Notes under the pieces: generated by a model
The model's input: only the letters and a program-made list of their open reading frames with translations
Database searches by the model: none
Told to the model about the DNA's origin: nothing
Made by a program: the position numbers and the translations under genes
Assembly: GCA_963704725.1 (NCBI GenBank)
Contig: OY969934.1
Span: 192,001-256,000 of the forward strand
Direction: 5' to 3'
Length of the DNA: 64,000 nucleotides
From: an uncultured Actinomycetes bacterium
GTDB lineage: Bacteria; Actinomycetota; UBA4738; HRBIN12
In this document: piece by piece, positions 47,759 through 57,594 of the stretch
Numbering within the stretch: the stretch's first letter is position 1
Layout: each line of letters begins with the position of its first letter

Positions 47759-48781
47759 GTGAACGACCGCCTCCTGCGCGCGCTCCGCCGTGAGCCCGTC
47801 GATCGCACGCCCGTGTGGTTCATGCGGCAGGCGGGCCGCTATCTGCCCGAGTACCGCGAGCTGCGGGGCGACCGAGACGTCCTCGAGACGTGCCGCCGGC
47901 CGGATCTCGCGGTGGCGGTCACCCTCCAGCCGCTACGACGGATGCCGCTCGACGCGGCGATCGTGTTCGGCGACATCATGGTCCCGCTGGCCGCGATCGG
48001 CGTGGGCGTGCGGATCGAGCCGGGGCAGGGGCCGGTCGTCGACGACCCCGTCCGGGCCCAGGGTGACCTGGAGCGACTGCGGCCGCTCGAGGCCGAGATC
48101 GACGAGCCCTACGTGGCCGAGACGATCCGGCTGCTCCGCAAGGAGCTCGAGGTGCCGCTGATCGCGTTCGCCGGCGCGCCGTTCACGCTCGCCAGCTATC
48201 TCGTCGAGGGCGGGCCCTCGCGCGACCTCGCCCGAACGAAGGCGCTGATGCACGCCGAACCGGTGGTGTGGGGCGCGCTGATGGAGCGTCTCGCGGCGAT
48301 CGTGCACGCCCACCTGCTCGCGCAGGTCGAGGCCGGGGCCCAGGCCGTCCAACTGTTCGACTCGTGGGTGGGCGCCCTCGACGCCGACGATTACGGGCGT
48401 TCCGTGCTGCCGTTCGTCCGCCCCATCCTGGCCGGGCTCGGCGTGCCCACGATCCATTTCGGCGTGGGGACCGGCCACCTCCTCCCGCTGATGCGCGAGG
48501 CCGGTGGGGACGCGATCGGCGTCGACTGGCGCGAGCCGCTCGACGCCGTCTGGGCGCGGATCGGCCACGACCGCGCGATCCAGGGGAACCTCGACCCTGC
48601 GGTCTGCCTGGCTTCGTGGGACGCCGTGCGGCGCAAGGCCCTCGACGTGCTCGACCGCGCCGAGGGGCGCGACGGGCACGTGTTCAACCTCGGCCACGGA
48701 GTCCTGCCCGAGACGCCGGTCGAGCACCTGCAGCGCCTCGTGGACCTCGTGCACGAACGGACGGAGCGGAGGCCGGCGTGA
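47759..48781 (+). CDS. hemE: Uroporphyrinogen decarboxylase
   Basis: PVWFMRQAGRYLPEYR, QGNLDP, FNLGHG. Confidence 0.97.
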   Translation: MNDRLLRALRREPVDRTPVWFMRQAGRYLPEYRELRGDRDVLETCRRPDLAVAVTLQPLRRMPLDAAIVFGDIMVPLAAIGVGVRIEPGQGPVVDDPVRAQGDLERLRPLEAEIDEPYVAETIRLLRKELEVPLIAFAGAPFTLASYLVEGGPSRDLARTKALMHAEPVVWGALMERLAAIVHAHLLAQVEAGAQAVQLFDSWVGALDADDYGRSVLPFVRPILAGLGVPTIHFGVGTGHLLPLMREAGGDAIGVDWREPLDAVWARIGHDRAIQGNLDPAVCLASWDAVRRKALDVLDRAEGRDGHVFNLGHGVLPETPVEHLQRLVDLVHERTERRPA

Positions 48782-49749
48782 GCGAGGCGCCGATCGGCGT
48801 GCTGGTGATGGCGTACGGCACCGCGAGCGGACCCGAGGACATCGAGCGCTACTACACGGACATCCGCGGGGGGCGGCCGCCGAGCGCCGAGCACCTCGCG
48901 GAGCTCACCGAGCGGTACGCGGCGATCGGCAACCGGTTCCCGCTTCTCGACATCACGCGAGCGCAGGCGACCCGGCTCGAGCTCGCGCTCAATGCCGCGG
49001 GCGCGGGGACGTTCCGGTCGTACCTCGGGATGAAGCACTCGCCGCCGTTCGTCGCCGAGGCGGTCGAGGCGATGCGCGCCGACGGGATCGAGCGCGCGGT
49101 CGGCATCGTGATGGCCCCGCACTGGTCCGGCATGTCGGTGGAGACCTACGTCGACCGGGTGCGCGAGGCGGCCGGCGACGGCCCGCCGGCGTTCGCGTTC
49201 GTGCGTGACTACCACGCCCATCCGGCGTTCGTGCAGCTGTTGTCCGGCCGCGTGGCCCACGCCCTGGGGATGCTGGGGCCGTCCGAGCGCGAGAAGGCCG
49301 CCGTCGTGTTCTCGGCGCACAGCCTGCCGGTGCGGACGCTCGACGACGGCACGATGCGCTGCAAGCACTGCGCGGCGTGCGAGACATCGTGCCGGTACGC
49401 GGACGGGCTGCGCGAGACGGCGGACCTCGTCGCGGGCGAGCTCGGGCTGGCGCACGTGTCGATCGCGTGGCAGAGCGCGGGGCGCACGCCCGACCCGTGG
49501 TGGGGCCCTCCGATCGAGGACGTGATCGTCGAACTGGCCGATCGCGGCCACCCGGCCGTCGTCGTCTGCTCGGCCGGGTTCGTCGCCGACCATCTCGAGA
49601 TCCTGTACGACCTCGACGTCGAGGCGAGACGGATCGGGGAGGAGGCGGGGATCCGCGTGGTCCGGACCGAGATGCCGAACGCGGACCCGGCGTTCGTCGA
49701 GCTGCTCGCCGCGGTCGTCCGCGACGAGCTGGCCGCGGCCTCGGCATGA
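48778..49749 (+). CDS. cpfC: Coproporphyrin ferrochelatase (HemH/CpfC)
   Basis: MAYGT, FSAHSLP, WQS, GFVADHLEILYDLD. Confidence 0.94.
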   Translation: MSEAPIGVLVMAYGTASGPEDIERYYTDIRGGRPPSAEHLAELTERYAAIGNRFPLLDITRAQATRLELALNAAGAGTFRSYLGMKHSPPFVAEAVEAMRADGIERAVGIVMAPHWSGMSVETYVDRVREAAGDGPPAFAFVRDYHAHPAFVQLLSGRVAHALGMLGPSEREKAAVVFSAHSLPVRTLDDGTMRCKHCAACETSCRYADGLRETADLVAGELGLAHVSIAWQSAGRTPDPWWGPPIEDVIVELADRGHPAVVVCSAGFVADHLEILYDLDVEARRIGEEAGIRVVRTEMPNADPAFVELLAAVVRDELAAASA

Positions 49750-51137
49750 CCGATCGCGTCGTCGTCGTCGGGGCGGGCGTGGCCGGACTCACCGTGGCCC
49801 ACCGCCTGCTCCATGAAGAACCCGGGCTCGACCTGACGGTCCTCGAGGCCGGCGAGCGTCCCGGCGGTCGCCTCCGCGCCGCCGCCGCCGGCGATCTCGA
49901 GCTCGAGGCGGGGCCGGACTCGTTCGTGGCTCGCAAGCCGTGGGCCGCGGAGCTGTGCGCGGAGCTGGGCGTGGAGCTCGCCGAGCCGGCCGCGGGCGGC
50001 GCCTACGCCTGGACGCCGCGGGGGCTCGTGCCGCTGCCGGCCACGGCGCTCGGCGTGCCGGCCTCGATCCGCGAGCTCGCCCGGTGGCCCGGGCTCTCGC
50101 GCGGCGGGCGGGCCCGGGCGCTCCTCGACCTGGTGCGGCGCGCCCGCCCTCGCGACGAGGACGAGGCCCTCGGAGCGCTCCTGCGCCGGCGGCTCGGCGA
50201 CGAGGCCACGGACTCGCTCGTCGCGCCCCTGTTGGCCGGTCTGTTCGCCGGCGACGTCGACGGGCTCGGCGTCCTGGCGACGTTCCCCGAGCTGGCGCGA
50301 TGGGAGTCCGAGATGGGCAGCCTGATCCGGGGCGCGAGGGCCGCGCTCGGCGCCTCGAAAGGGGCCGGCCCGATGTTCCTCCGACCGGCCGAGGGGATGG
50401 CCGAGCTGCCGAACGCCCTCCTCGAGTCGGTGGGCCCCGACCACGTGTGGACGTCGGCCGTCGCCACGCGGGTCTCGGCCGAGGGCTCGGGGTTCGTCGT
50501 CCACGCCGCGGGCGGGGAGCGCTCCGCGTCGGCGGTCGTCGTGACGACGCCGGCCGACGTGGCCGCCGCGCTCCTGGCGGAGGTGGCGCCCCTCTCCGCC
50601 GCGCGCCTGGCCGAGATCGAGCTCGTCTCGACCGCCGTCGTGCTGCTCGTGTACGAGGAGGGGACCGCCGACGTGCTCCCGGAGGCGAGCGGCTTCGTCG
50701 TCCCGAGCGGCCGGGCCCCGATGACGGCCGCAACGTTCCTGTCGCGCAAGTGGCCGGACCCGGCGTTCGGCTCGCGCGCCGTGCTGCGGTGCTTCGTCGG
50801 CGCCGCGGGTTCGGACGACGTGCTCGACGCCGCCGACGACGAGATCGTGGAGGCCGTCTGCCGTCACCTGGCGGCGCTGCTCCCGCTGCCCGATCGGCCC
50901 GGGTCGTCCGCGGTGGTGCGTTGGCCGCGGTCGATGCCGCAGTACGCGGTCGGGCACCAGGAGCACGTCGCGGCGATGACCGACGCGTTGCCTCCCGGTA
51001 TCGTCGTGGCCGGAAACGCGTACGGCGGCGTCGGCGTCGCCGACACGGTCCGCTCGGCCGGCGGGGCCGCCGAGGCCGTGCTCGCGCACCTCCGAGGCCG
51101 TTCCACCGAGACCCGACGAACGGAGCGAGTGCCATGA
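49746..51137 (+). CDS. cgoX: Coproporphyrinogen III oxidase (HemY/CgoX)
   Basis: GAGVAGL FAD motif, E.GPDSF, MPQYAVGH, AGNAYGGVG. Confidence 0.92.
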   Translation: MTDRVVVVGAGVAGLTVAHRLLHEEPGLDLTVLEAGERPGGRLRAAAAGDLELEAGPDSFVARKPWAAELCAELGVELAEPAAGGAYAWTPRGLVPLPATALGVPASIRELARWPGLSRGGRARALLDLVRRARPRDEDEALGALLRRRLGDEATDSLVAPLLAGLFAGDVDGLGVLATFPELARWESEMGSLIRGARAALGASKGAGPMFLRPAEGMAELPNALLESVGPDHVWTSAVATRVSAEGSGFVVHAAGGERSASAVVVTTPADVAAALLAEVAPLSAARLAEIELVSTAVVLLVYEEGTADVLPEASGFVVPSGRAPMTAATFLSRKWPDPAFGSRAVLRCFVGAAGSDDVLDAADDEIVEAVCRHLAALLPLPDRPGSSAVVRWPRSMPQYAVGHQEHVAAMTDALPPGIVVAGNAYGGVGVADTVRSAGGAAEAVLAHLRGRSTETRRTERVP

Positions 51138-51798
51138 ACGAGACGATCTACGCGATGTACCCGTGCTTCCACGCCACGGCAGCGTTCCGCGACCTCGACC
51201 GCGACGACGCCGCCCAGGAGGTGGAGAACCTGTTCAAGTCGTGGGACGGCACCGTGAGCGTTCGCGGCGTCTACTCGACGCGGGGGTTCCGGGCCGACAC
51301 CGACCTGATGCTGTGGCTCGTCGGGCCGTCACCCGACGCCGTCCAGGACGCTCTCGTCGCGTTCGGCAGGACCGAGGCCGGGCGGCGGCTCGAGCTCTCG
51401 TGGACGTTCATGGGGGTCGTGAAGCCGGCGGAGTTCACGGCCGACCACGCGCCGGCGTTCGTGAAGGGCGAGGCGCCGAGGCGGTACGCATGCGTTTACC
51501 CCTTCGTCCGCACGCCCGAGTGGTACCTCCTGCCGCGGGAGGAACGCTCGTCGCTGCTGCGCGATCACGGCGAGATCGGGCGGGAGTTCCCCGACGTCCT
51601 GGCCAACACCACGAGCGCGTTCGCCATCAACGACTGGGAGTGGATCCTCGCGTTCGAGGCCGACGAGCTCGACCGGATCGTGGACTGCATCCGCCGAGAT
51701 TGCGAGAGGCCGAGGCCCGCCGGTTCACCAAGGTCGAGATCCCGTTCGTGACCGGGATCCGCAAGGACGTCCGTTCCGCGTTCGCCGACCTCGGCTAG
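51134..51798 (+). CDS. chdC: Coproheme decarboxylase (HemQ/ChdC), frameshifted near 51697
   Basis: EF...H.PAF, VYPFVR..EWYLL, proximal His RDHG; C-terminus LREAEARR...PFVTG lies in another frame (2 extra nt). Confidence 0.88.
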
Positions 51799-51959
51799 CG
51801 CTGCTCGCCGAGCCGGGTCTGCCAGAGACGGGCCTCGGCCTCCTTGGCCTCCGGGCTGGTGGCCGCGGGCTGCTTCCACCTTCGGAGGGATCGGAACAGC
51901 ACGAACAGGCCGAACGCAGCCACGACGACGATCACCGCGAACGCGATCCAGGACCCCAC
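51795..51959 (-). CDS. 54-aa single-TM protein
   Basis: MGSWIAFAVIVVVAAFGLFVLFRSLRRWK...; TACGCT -10 located 7 nt before GTG. Confidence 0.65.
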   Translation of the reverse strand: MGSWIAFAVIVVVAAFGLFVLFRSLRRWKQPAATSPEAKEAEARLWQTRLGEQR

Positions 51960-52028
51960 GCCTTCGAGCGTACACCCGGCGCTCCCGAGCGATAATGGAA
52001 GCGTCGGCACCATGAACGGAGGTCTCCC

Positions 52029-52160
52029 GTGGCGCACGCGAAGGACAAGGGCGCGAAGAACGTCAGGAAGGTCGCGCAGAAATCCGTCAAGGAGAAGCGC
52101 GCCGTCAAGAAGGCCAAGAAGCAGACGGCCACCGCGGCGGCGACCCGGCTCGCCGAATAG
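52029..52160 (+). CDS. 43-aa Lys-rich small protein
   Basis: GGAGGT RBS; MAHAKDKGAKNVRKVAQKSVKEKRAVKKAKKQTATAAATRLAE*. Confidence 0.7.
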   Translation: MAHAKDKGAKNVRKVAQKSVKEKRAVKKAKKQTATAAATRLAE

Positions 52161-52167
52161 GCGGTCC

Positions 52168-53224
52168 GTGTTCGAGGACCTGCTGCCCGACTGGGACGGC
52201 GAGGAGATCGCCGTCGGGTTCGACGCGCCAGCGGCGGCCTGGATGTTCGTGTGCGTGCACTCCACGGTGCTCGGTCCGGCCGCGGGCGGGACGCGCATGA
52301 AGAGCTACGCCTCGGCCCACGACGGCGCTCCGCGACGGCCTGCGGCTGGCCGGCGCGATGACCCGCAAGGACGCCGTCGCCGGGCTACCGCTCGGCGGGG
52401 GCAAGGGCGTGATGGCGGTGCCGGAGATCCCCAGCGGACCTGCGCGCCGAGCGATCCTGCTCCGGCTACGCGGAGCTGGTGGAGTCCCTCCACGGCACGT
52501 ACTGGACGGCGTGCGACATGAACACGGCCTCCGCCGACATGGACATCGTCGCCGAGCGCTGCTCGTCGGTGTTCGGCCGGACCGAGGCGAACGGCGGGTC
52601 CGGGACCTCCGCTCCGGCGACGGCGGACGGCGTCTTCGCGGGGATCCGCGCGAGCGTCGGCCACGCCCTCGGCTCGCCGGACCTCGCCGGACGGTCCGTC
52701 GTCGTGCAGGGCGTCGGGGCGGTCGGCGGTCCGCTCGCCCGGCGGCTCCGGCAGGCGGGCGCGGAGCCCATCCTGTCCGACGTCGACGACGTGCGCGCGA
52801 AGGAGCTGGCCGCCGAGCTCGACGCCGAGGTCGTCGCGCCCGAGGGAGCGATCGAGACGCCGTGCGACGTCTTCTCGCCGTGCGCGACGGGCGGCGTGCT
52901 CTCGGCCGAGTCGATCCCCCGGTTGCGGTGCCGGGTCGTCGCGGGCGCGGCCAACAACCAGCTCGCCGAGGCCGCCGACGCCGAGCGCCTGAACGAGCGC
53001 GGGATCCTGTACGCGCCCGACTACGTGGTCAACGCCGGCGGGATCATCCACCTGGCGTCGCTCGAGATGCTGGGCGAGGACGAGCGCCGACGCGACGAGC
53101 GGTCGAGGCGATCGGCGACACGCTGACCGAGCTCTACGAGCTCGCCGAGGCCGAGGGCATCTCGACGGGGGCCGCGGCCGAGCGCATCGTGGAGCGCCGG
53201 CTCGAGGAGGGGAGACGCAGGTGA
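52168..53224 (+). pseudogene. Leu/Val/Phe dehydrogenase with three frameshifts (pseudogene or sequence error)
   Basis: HST.LGPA.GGTRM, MTRK, GGGKG, QGVGAVG, GAANNQL, YAPDYVVNAGG are spread over three frames. Confidence 0.8.
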
Positions 53225-53554
53225 GCCGCGATCTCGCGTCGATGGTGTGCGTGCCGTGCAAGGGCGGCGTCCCGCCGCTGACCCACGAGGAGATCGAGCC
53301 CTACCTGTCCGATCTCGGCGGGCGAGTGGGAGGCGGCCGGCGATCACCATCTGGAGAAGACCTACCGGTTCAAGAACTTCCGGGAGGCGCTCGAGTTCAC
53401 GAACCGGGTCGGCGAGCTCGCCGAGGAGGTGGGCCACCATCCCGACATCGAGCTGTCGTGGGGGCGCGTGAAGCTCACGGTCTTCACCCACAAGATCGGC
53501 GGCCTGCACGAGGCGGACTTCGTCTTCGCCGCCAAGGCCGACCGCGTCCGGTGA
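53221..53554 (+). CDS. Pterin-4-alpha-carbinolamine dehydratase, +1 frameshift near 53320
   Basis: CVPCKGG then, after the shift, KTYRFKNF...GHHPDI...THKIGGL..ADF. Confidence 0.82.
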
Positions 53555-53907
53555 CCGTCACCTTCCGCGAGGTCGTGATCGACTGCGCCGATCCCGGCGC
53601 CCTGGCGCGCTTCTGGGCCGAGGCCACCGGGTACGAGCTCGTGAGCGAGCTCGACGACTGGGCCACCGTGCTCGGCGAGGGCGAGCGCCGGATCCGCATC
53701 GCGTTCCAGAAGGTCCCCGAGGGCAGGGTCGCCAAGAACCGGGTGCACGTCGATCTTGCCGCCCCCGACGAGGAGGACGAGGCCCGGCGCATCGAAGCCC
53801 TCGGAGCGACGAGGCTGTGGGTCTCGGACGATCCCGAGGACCCCTTCATCGTGCTCGCCGACCCCGAGGGCAACGAGTTCTGCGTCGTCCGGGCGCCGGA
53901 CGACTAG
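53551..53907 (+). CDS. VOC/glyoxalase-family protein
   Basis: [28 protein letters not shown]. Confidence 0.88.
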   Translation: MTVTFREVVIDCADPGALARFWAEATGYELVSELDDWATVLGEGERRIRIAFQKVPEGRVAKNRVHVDLAAPDEEDEARRIEALGATRLWVSDDPEDPFIVLADPEGNEFCVVRAPDD

Positions 53908-54425
53908 GTCGAGGCGCTCACCAGGCCGAGCTCGCGGAGCGTGCCCCACGGGATCACGTGGCAGTACGGCTCGTGGCCGTTCTTGTCGTAGTAGCGCTGG
54001 TGGTAGTCCTCGGCCGGCCAGAACGCCGGCGCGGGAGCGATCTCGGTGGCGATCGGCCGGTCGAACCGCGCCTGTGCTCGGTCCCGCGACGCTTCGGCGA
54101 GGCGCTGCTGCTCCTCGGAGGATGTGAAGATCGCGCTCCGGTACTGGTCGCCGACGTCGGGCCCCTGGCGGTTCACCTGCGTTGGGTCGTGCATCGCCCA
54201 GAACACCTCGAGGAGCTGCTCGTAGGTCACGACCGCGGGGTCGAACTCGACCTGCAGGACCTCGGCGTGGCCGGTGGTGTGGGAACAGACGTCGCGATAC
54301 GTGGGGCGCTCCGTGTGCCCGCCGGCGTACCCGACCTGCGTCGCGACGACGCCCGGGACGCGCTCGAACACGTACTCGACACCCCAGAAGCAGCCGGCCC
54401 CGAACGTGGCGATCTCGGTCGACAT
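53904..54425 (-). CDS. msrA: Peptide methionine sulfoxide reductase A
   Basis: GCFWG, GHAE, QG.DVG.QYRS, AEDYHQ. Confidence 0.96.
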   Translation of the reverse strand: MSTEIATFGAGCFWGVEYVFERVPGVVATQVGYAGGHTERPTYRDVCSHTTGHAEVLQVEFDPAVVTYEQLLEVFWAMHDPTQVNRQGPDVGDQYRSAIFTSSEEQQRLAEASRDRAQARFDRPIATEIAPAPAFWPAEDYHQRYYDKNGHEPYCHVIPWGTLRELGLVSAST

Positions 54426-54490
54426 GTGGAGCATCCCTCCTTCGGATGGATTCATCTCCATCGTCCCACGGGAGCGCGGAACGTTACGCC

Positions 54491-55765
54491 TCAGCCCTCG
54501 AACGCCGCCGCCGCAGCCAGGATCCGCTCCACCTCGGGTTGACCGTGCTCGGTGCCGAGCGTCCACATCTCGTAGCCGGACGGCGGCAGCCAGACTCCGC
54601 GCGCGAGCATGTGGTGGAAGAACCGCGCGTACCGCTCGTGATCCGCCGCCCGCGCGCCCTCGAGGTCCCGAACGGGTCCCTCGGCGAAGAACACGCCGAA
54701 CATCGAGGCGGCGCGGTTGACGGTCGCGACGATGCCTCGGTCGGCGAAGGCCTTCGCCAGGCCATCCGCGAGCTCCTCGGCGGTCACCGCGAGCGCCGCG
54801 TACGGATCGAGATCGCGGGCCAGGTCGACCGCGGCGATCCCGGCCGCCATCGCCACCGGGTTCCCCGAGAGCGTGCCGGCCTGGTACACGGGGCCGACCG
54901 GGGCGAGGTGCTCCATCACCTCGCGACGGCCCCCGAAGGCCGCGCACGGGAACCCGCCGCCCATCACCTTCCCCAGCACCGTGAGGTCCGGCGCGATCGC
55001 GTAGACGGACTGCGCCCCACCGAACGCGATTCGGAACCCCGTGATGACCTCGTCGAACACGAGCAGCGCGCCGTGATCGGAGCACAGCGCCCGGAGCCGT
55101 TCGAGGAACCCGGGCTCGGGCGGGACGACGCCCATGTTCGCCGCGACCGGCTCGACGATCGCCGCCGCGATCCGATCGCCGCGCTCGTCGAACTCGTGCT
55201 GCAGCGCCGCGAGGTCGTTGAACGGGACGGTGAGCGTGTCCTTCGCGGCGCCCTCGGTGACGCCGGGAGAGCCCGGGATGCCGAGCGTCGCGACGCCGGA
55301 GCCGGCGCCCTTGGCCAGCAGCGCGTCCGAGTGCCCGTGGTAGCAGCCGTCGAACTTGAGGACGAGATCGCGGCCGGTGTACCCCCGCGCCAGCCGCACG
55401 GCGCTCATCGCCGCCTCGGTCCCAGAGGAGAGGAGCCGGACCATCTCGACGGCGGGCATCGCCTCCGTGATGCGCTCGGCGAGCCGGATCTCGAGCTCGG
55501 TGGGCGCGCCGAACGTCGTCCCGCTCTCCGCGGCGGCCACCGCCGCCTCCACGATCTCGCGCCGCGCGTGGCCGAACAGCAGCGCGCCCCACGACTGCAC
55601 CACGTCCACGTAGCGGTTGCCGTCGGCGTCGATGACGTACGCGCCCTCGCCTCGCACGGCGAACCGTGGCACGCCCCCCACCGCTCCGAACGCCCGCACC
55701 GGCGAGTCGACGCCGCCCGGGATCACGCGACGCGCCCGCTCGAACAGCTCCTCGGATCGCGCCAT
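54491..55765 (-). CDS. hemL: Glutamate-1-semialdehyde 2,1-aminomutase
   Basis: [34 protein letters not shown]. Confidence 0.96.
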   Translation of the reverse strand: MARSEELFERARRVIPGGVDSPVRAFGAVGGVPRFAVRGEGAYVIDADGNRYVDVVQSWGALLFGHARREIVEAAVAAAESGTTFGAPTELEIRLAERITEAMPAVEMVRLLSSGTEAAMSAVRLARGYTGRDLVLKFDGCYHGHSDALLAKGAGSGVATLGIPGSPGVTEGAAKDTLTVPFNDLAALQHEFDERGDRIAAAIVEPVAANMGVVPPEPGFLERLRALCSDHGALLVFDEVITGFRIAFGGAQSVYAIAPDLTVLGKVMGGGFPCAAFGGRREVMEHLAPVGPVYQAGTLSGNPVAMAAGIAAVDLARDLDPYAALAVTAEELADGLAKAFADRGIVATVNRAASMFGVFFAEGPVRDLEGARAADHERYARFFHHMLARGVWLPPSGYEMWTLGTEHGQPEVERILAAAAAFEG

Positions 55766-55775
55766 GCGTTGCAGG

Positions 55776-56912
55776 CTATCGGAGCGCGTCGAGGAGCAAC
55801 CCGGCCACGGTACCGGCCACGATGAGCCACAGCGTGTTCGGCTTCCACAGGAACAGGACAGCCCCGGCGAGCACCGCGATCGCCGCGGTGGGAACGTCGA
55901 CGATCGCGTCGAGGCCGAGCTGCCACGTCACGCCCACCATGAGCGCTACCGCTGCGGCGGTGACGCCGTCGAGCGCCGCGCCCAGCCAGCGCGACCGGCG
56001 CAGGCGCCCGATGGCGGGCGCGGTGACCGCGACGAACCCGAACGACGGCAGGAAGATCGCGAGCGTGGCGACGAGCGCGCCCGGCACGCCGAGCACGAGG
56101 TACCCGACGAACGTTGCCGTCGTGAAGACGGGTCCCGGGGTCACCTGGCCGATCGCCACCGCGTCGAGCAGCTGCCGGTGCGTCAGCCATCCGAGCTGAT
56201 CGACGAAGTCGGCACGCAGGAACGCGAGCAGCACGTACCCGCTCCCGAACAGGACCGCGCCGATCTTGAGGAACGTGAGGAACAAACGCCCGTACGAAAC
56301 GGCGACCTCGTGGGTCGCGGCGACGAGGAGCGGCACGGGCGCGAGCCAGGGAACGAGGCCGCGGATCGGTTGAGCGGTGAGGTTTCGGGCGAGCATCACG
56401 ACGAGCCCGGTCCCGAAGATCAGGATCACCGCGTTCACTCCGACGAAGTACAGGGCGAGCGCCGCCGCGCCGGCCAGCGCGACGCCGACGCCCTTGATCG
56501 CGACCGAACCCAGCTTCCAGATCGCGTGCACCACGATCGCGATCACGACCGGCGCGACGCCTTCCATGATGGCCCGGGCCTCACGGGTGGTCCCGTACCT
56601 CTCGTACCCCCAGGCGATCGCGAGCACGATCAGCACGGCCGGGACGATGAAGCAGACGCCGCCGAGCAGCAGGCCCGCCCAACCCGCCCGTCGACGTCCG
56701 AGATGGATGGCGAGCTCGGTCGAGCTCGGCCCGGGGATCATGTTCGCCGCGCCGACGAGGTCGAGGAACTCCTGCTGGCTTACCCACCCCCGCCGGGTGA
56801 CGACCTCGTCCTGCATCATCGCGATGTGCACGGCGGGTCCGCCGAACGCCGTGAACCCCAGCCTGGTGAAGAAGCGGGCGACCTCGAGCAGCCGCCCGCC
56901 GCGTTCGGTCAC
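55776..56912 (-). CDS. chrA: Chromate efflux transporter (long-chain CHR)
   Basis: FGGP, PGP.S...AI.LG, FGSGY, QVTPGP; the real start is the GTG after the upstream toxin stop. Confidence 0.92.
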   Translation of the reverse strand: MTERGGRLLEVARFFTRLGFTAFGGPAVHIAMMQDEVVTRRGWVSQQEFLDLVGAANMIPGPSSTELAIHLGRRRAGWAGLLLGGVCFIVPAVLIVLAIAWGYERYGTTREARAIMEGVAPVVIAIVVHAIWKLGSVAIKGVGVALAGAAALALYFVGVNAVILIFGTGLVVMLARNLTAQPIRGLVPWLAPVPLLVAATHEVAVSYGRLFLTFLKIGAVLFGSGYVLLAFLRADFVDQLGWLTHRQLLDAVAIGQVTPGPVFTTATFVGYLVLGVPGALVATLAIFLPSFGFVAVTAPAIGRLRRSRWLGAALDGVTAAAVALMVGVTWQLGLDAIVDVPTAAIAVLAGAVLFLWKPNTLWLIVAGTVAGLLLDALR

Positions 56913-56916
56913 GGAA

Positions 56917-57318
56917 CTACTCGCCGACCGGCCAGTGCTCGACGATGAAGTCCCTTCATCGGGAAGTCCTTCGGGATTGCCGGTGGCCAATCGGGCGCCG
57001 ATCCCGACGGCCGCAGCCGCGATCAGCATGTCGGACGGCGAGAGGGTCCGACCCTTCTCCCGGTAGGATCCGCCGCCACCAACCCGCGAGCCTGCCCTCA
57101 GCGATACCGAGCGGGGCGACCGAGAGGCCCTCGAACAGCTCGCTGCCGTCTCGCGCTCGTGCGCCGAAGTCCGCGCGTCACTTCCTCGACCGTGACCGCG
57201 CAGACATAGGGATATCGCCCGTCGAGGCTGGAGCGCGAGCGAACCGCGCCGAGGCGCCTCGGAGCCCCTCGAAGGATGTCGATCGACCGACGGTCGAATC
57301 GAGGAGGATCGCCGCCAT
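56917..57318 (-). pseudogene. PIN/VapC toxin with multiple frameshifts
   Basis: MAAILLDSTV, 'VTVEEV.RGL', 'DMLIAAAA....LATGNP', '..EHWPVGE*' fall in different frames. Confidence 0.75.
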
Positions 57319-57561
57319 CAGCCGACGCGGCGCGGGTCCTCGCGGCGGGAGTCGTGGACCCAGCGGGCAACGTCCGGGTCCCACGGGTGGCCTTCGTCGG
57401 AGATGGACCCGTATCGCGGAACGCATGAGTCTGCCATCGCCGATCCTGCTCCAGCGGCCTTCCGCACGGCCTCGGCGATGAACGGAGCTTCGGCCTCGCG
57501 CGGTCCGAGGTCGGTCGAGCTCGCGGACCAGCGACTCTTCGATGCTGACATGGATCCGCAT
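57318..57561 (-). pseudogene. RHH-type antitoxin with frameshifts
   Basis: MRIHVSIEESLVRELD then FIAEAVRKA...GSISDEGHPWD in shifted frames; TGATG coupling to the toxin. Confidence 0.72.
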
Positions 57562-57569
57562 GGGTGCCG

Positions 57570-57593
57570 AGCTTAGCACACAGCTCAGCACAA
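57570..57593 (-). promoter_or_regulatory. Tandem 12-bp repeat, candidate antitoxin operator
   Basis: AGCTTAGCACAC/AGCTCAGCACAA overlapping a minus-strand TAAGCT -10 upstream of the antitoxin. Confidence 0.5.
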
Positions 57594-57594
57594 G

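Noticed and set aside
46517-48781. 754-aa ORF suggesting a HemE fusion
   Set aside because: The N-terminal part is antisense shadow of the thioesterase; hemE starts at 47759 behind its own -10.
51690-53330. Programmed ribosomal frameshifting
   Set aside because: No slippery heptamers are evident, and the indels cluster by position across unrelated genes.
55776-57029. 417-aa ChrA with an N-terminal extension
   Set aside because: The extension is the frameshifted tail of the upstream PIN toxin.
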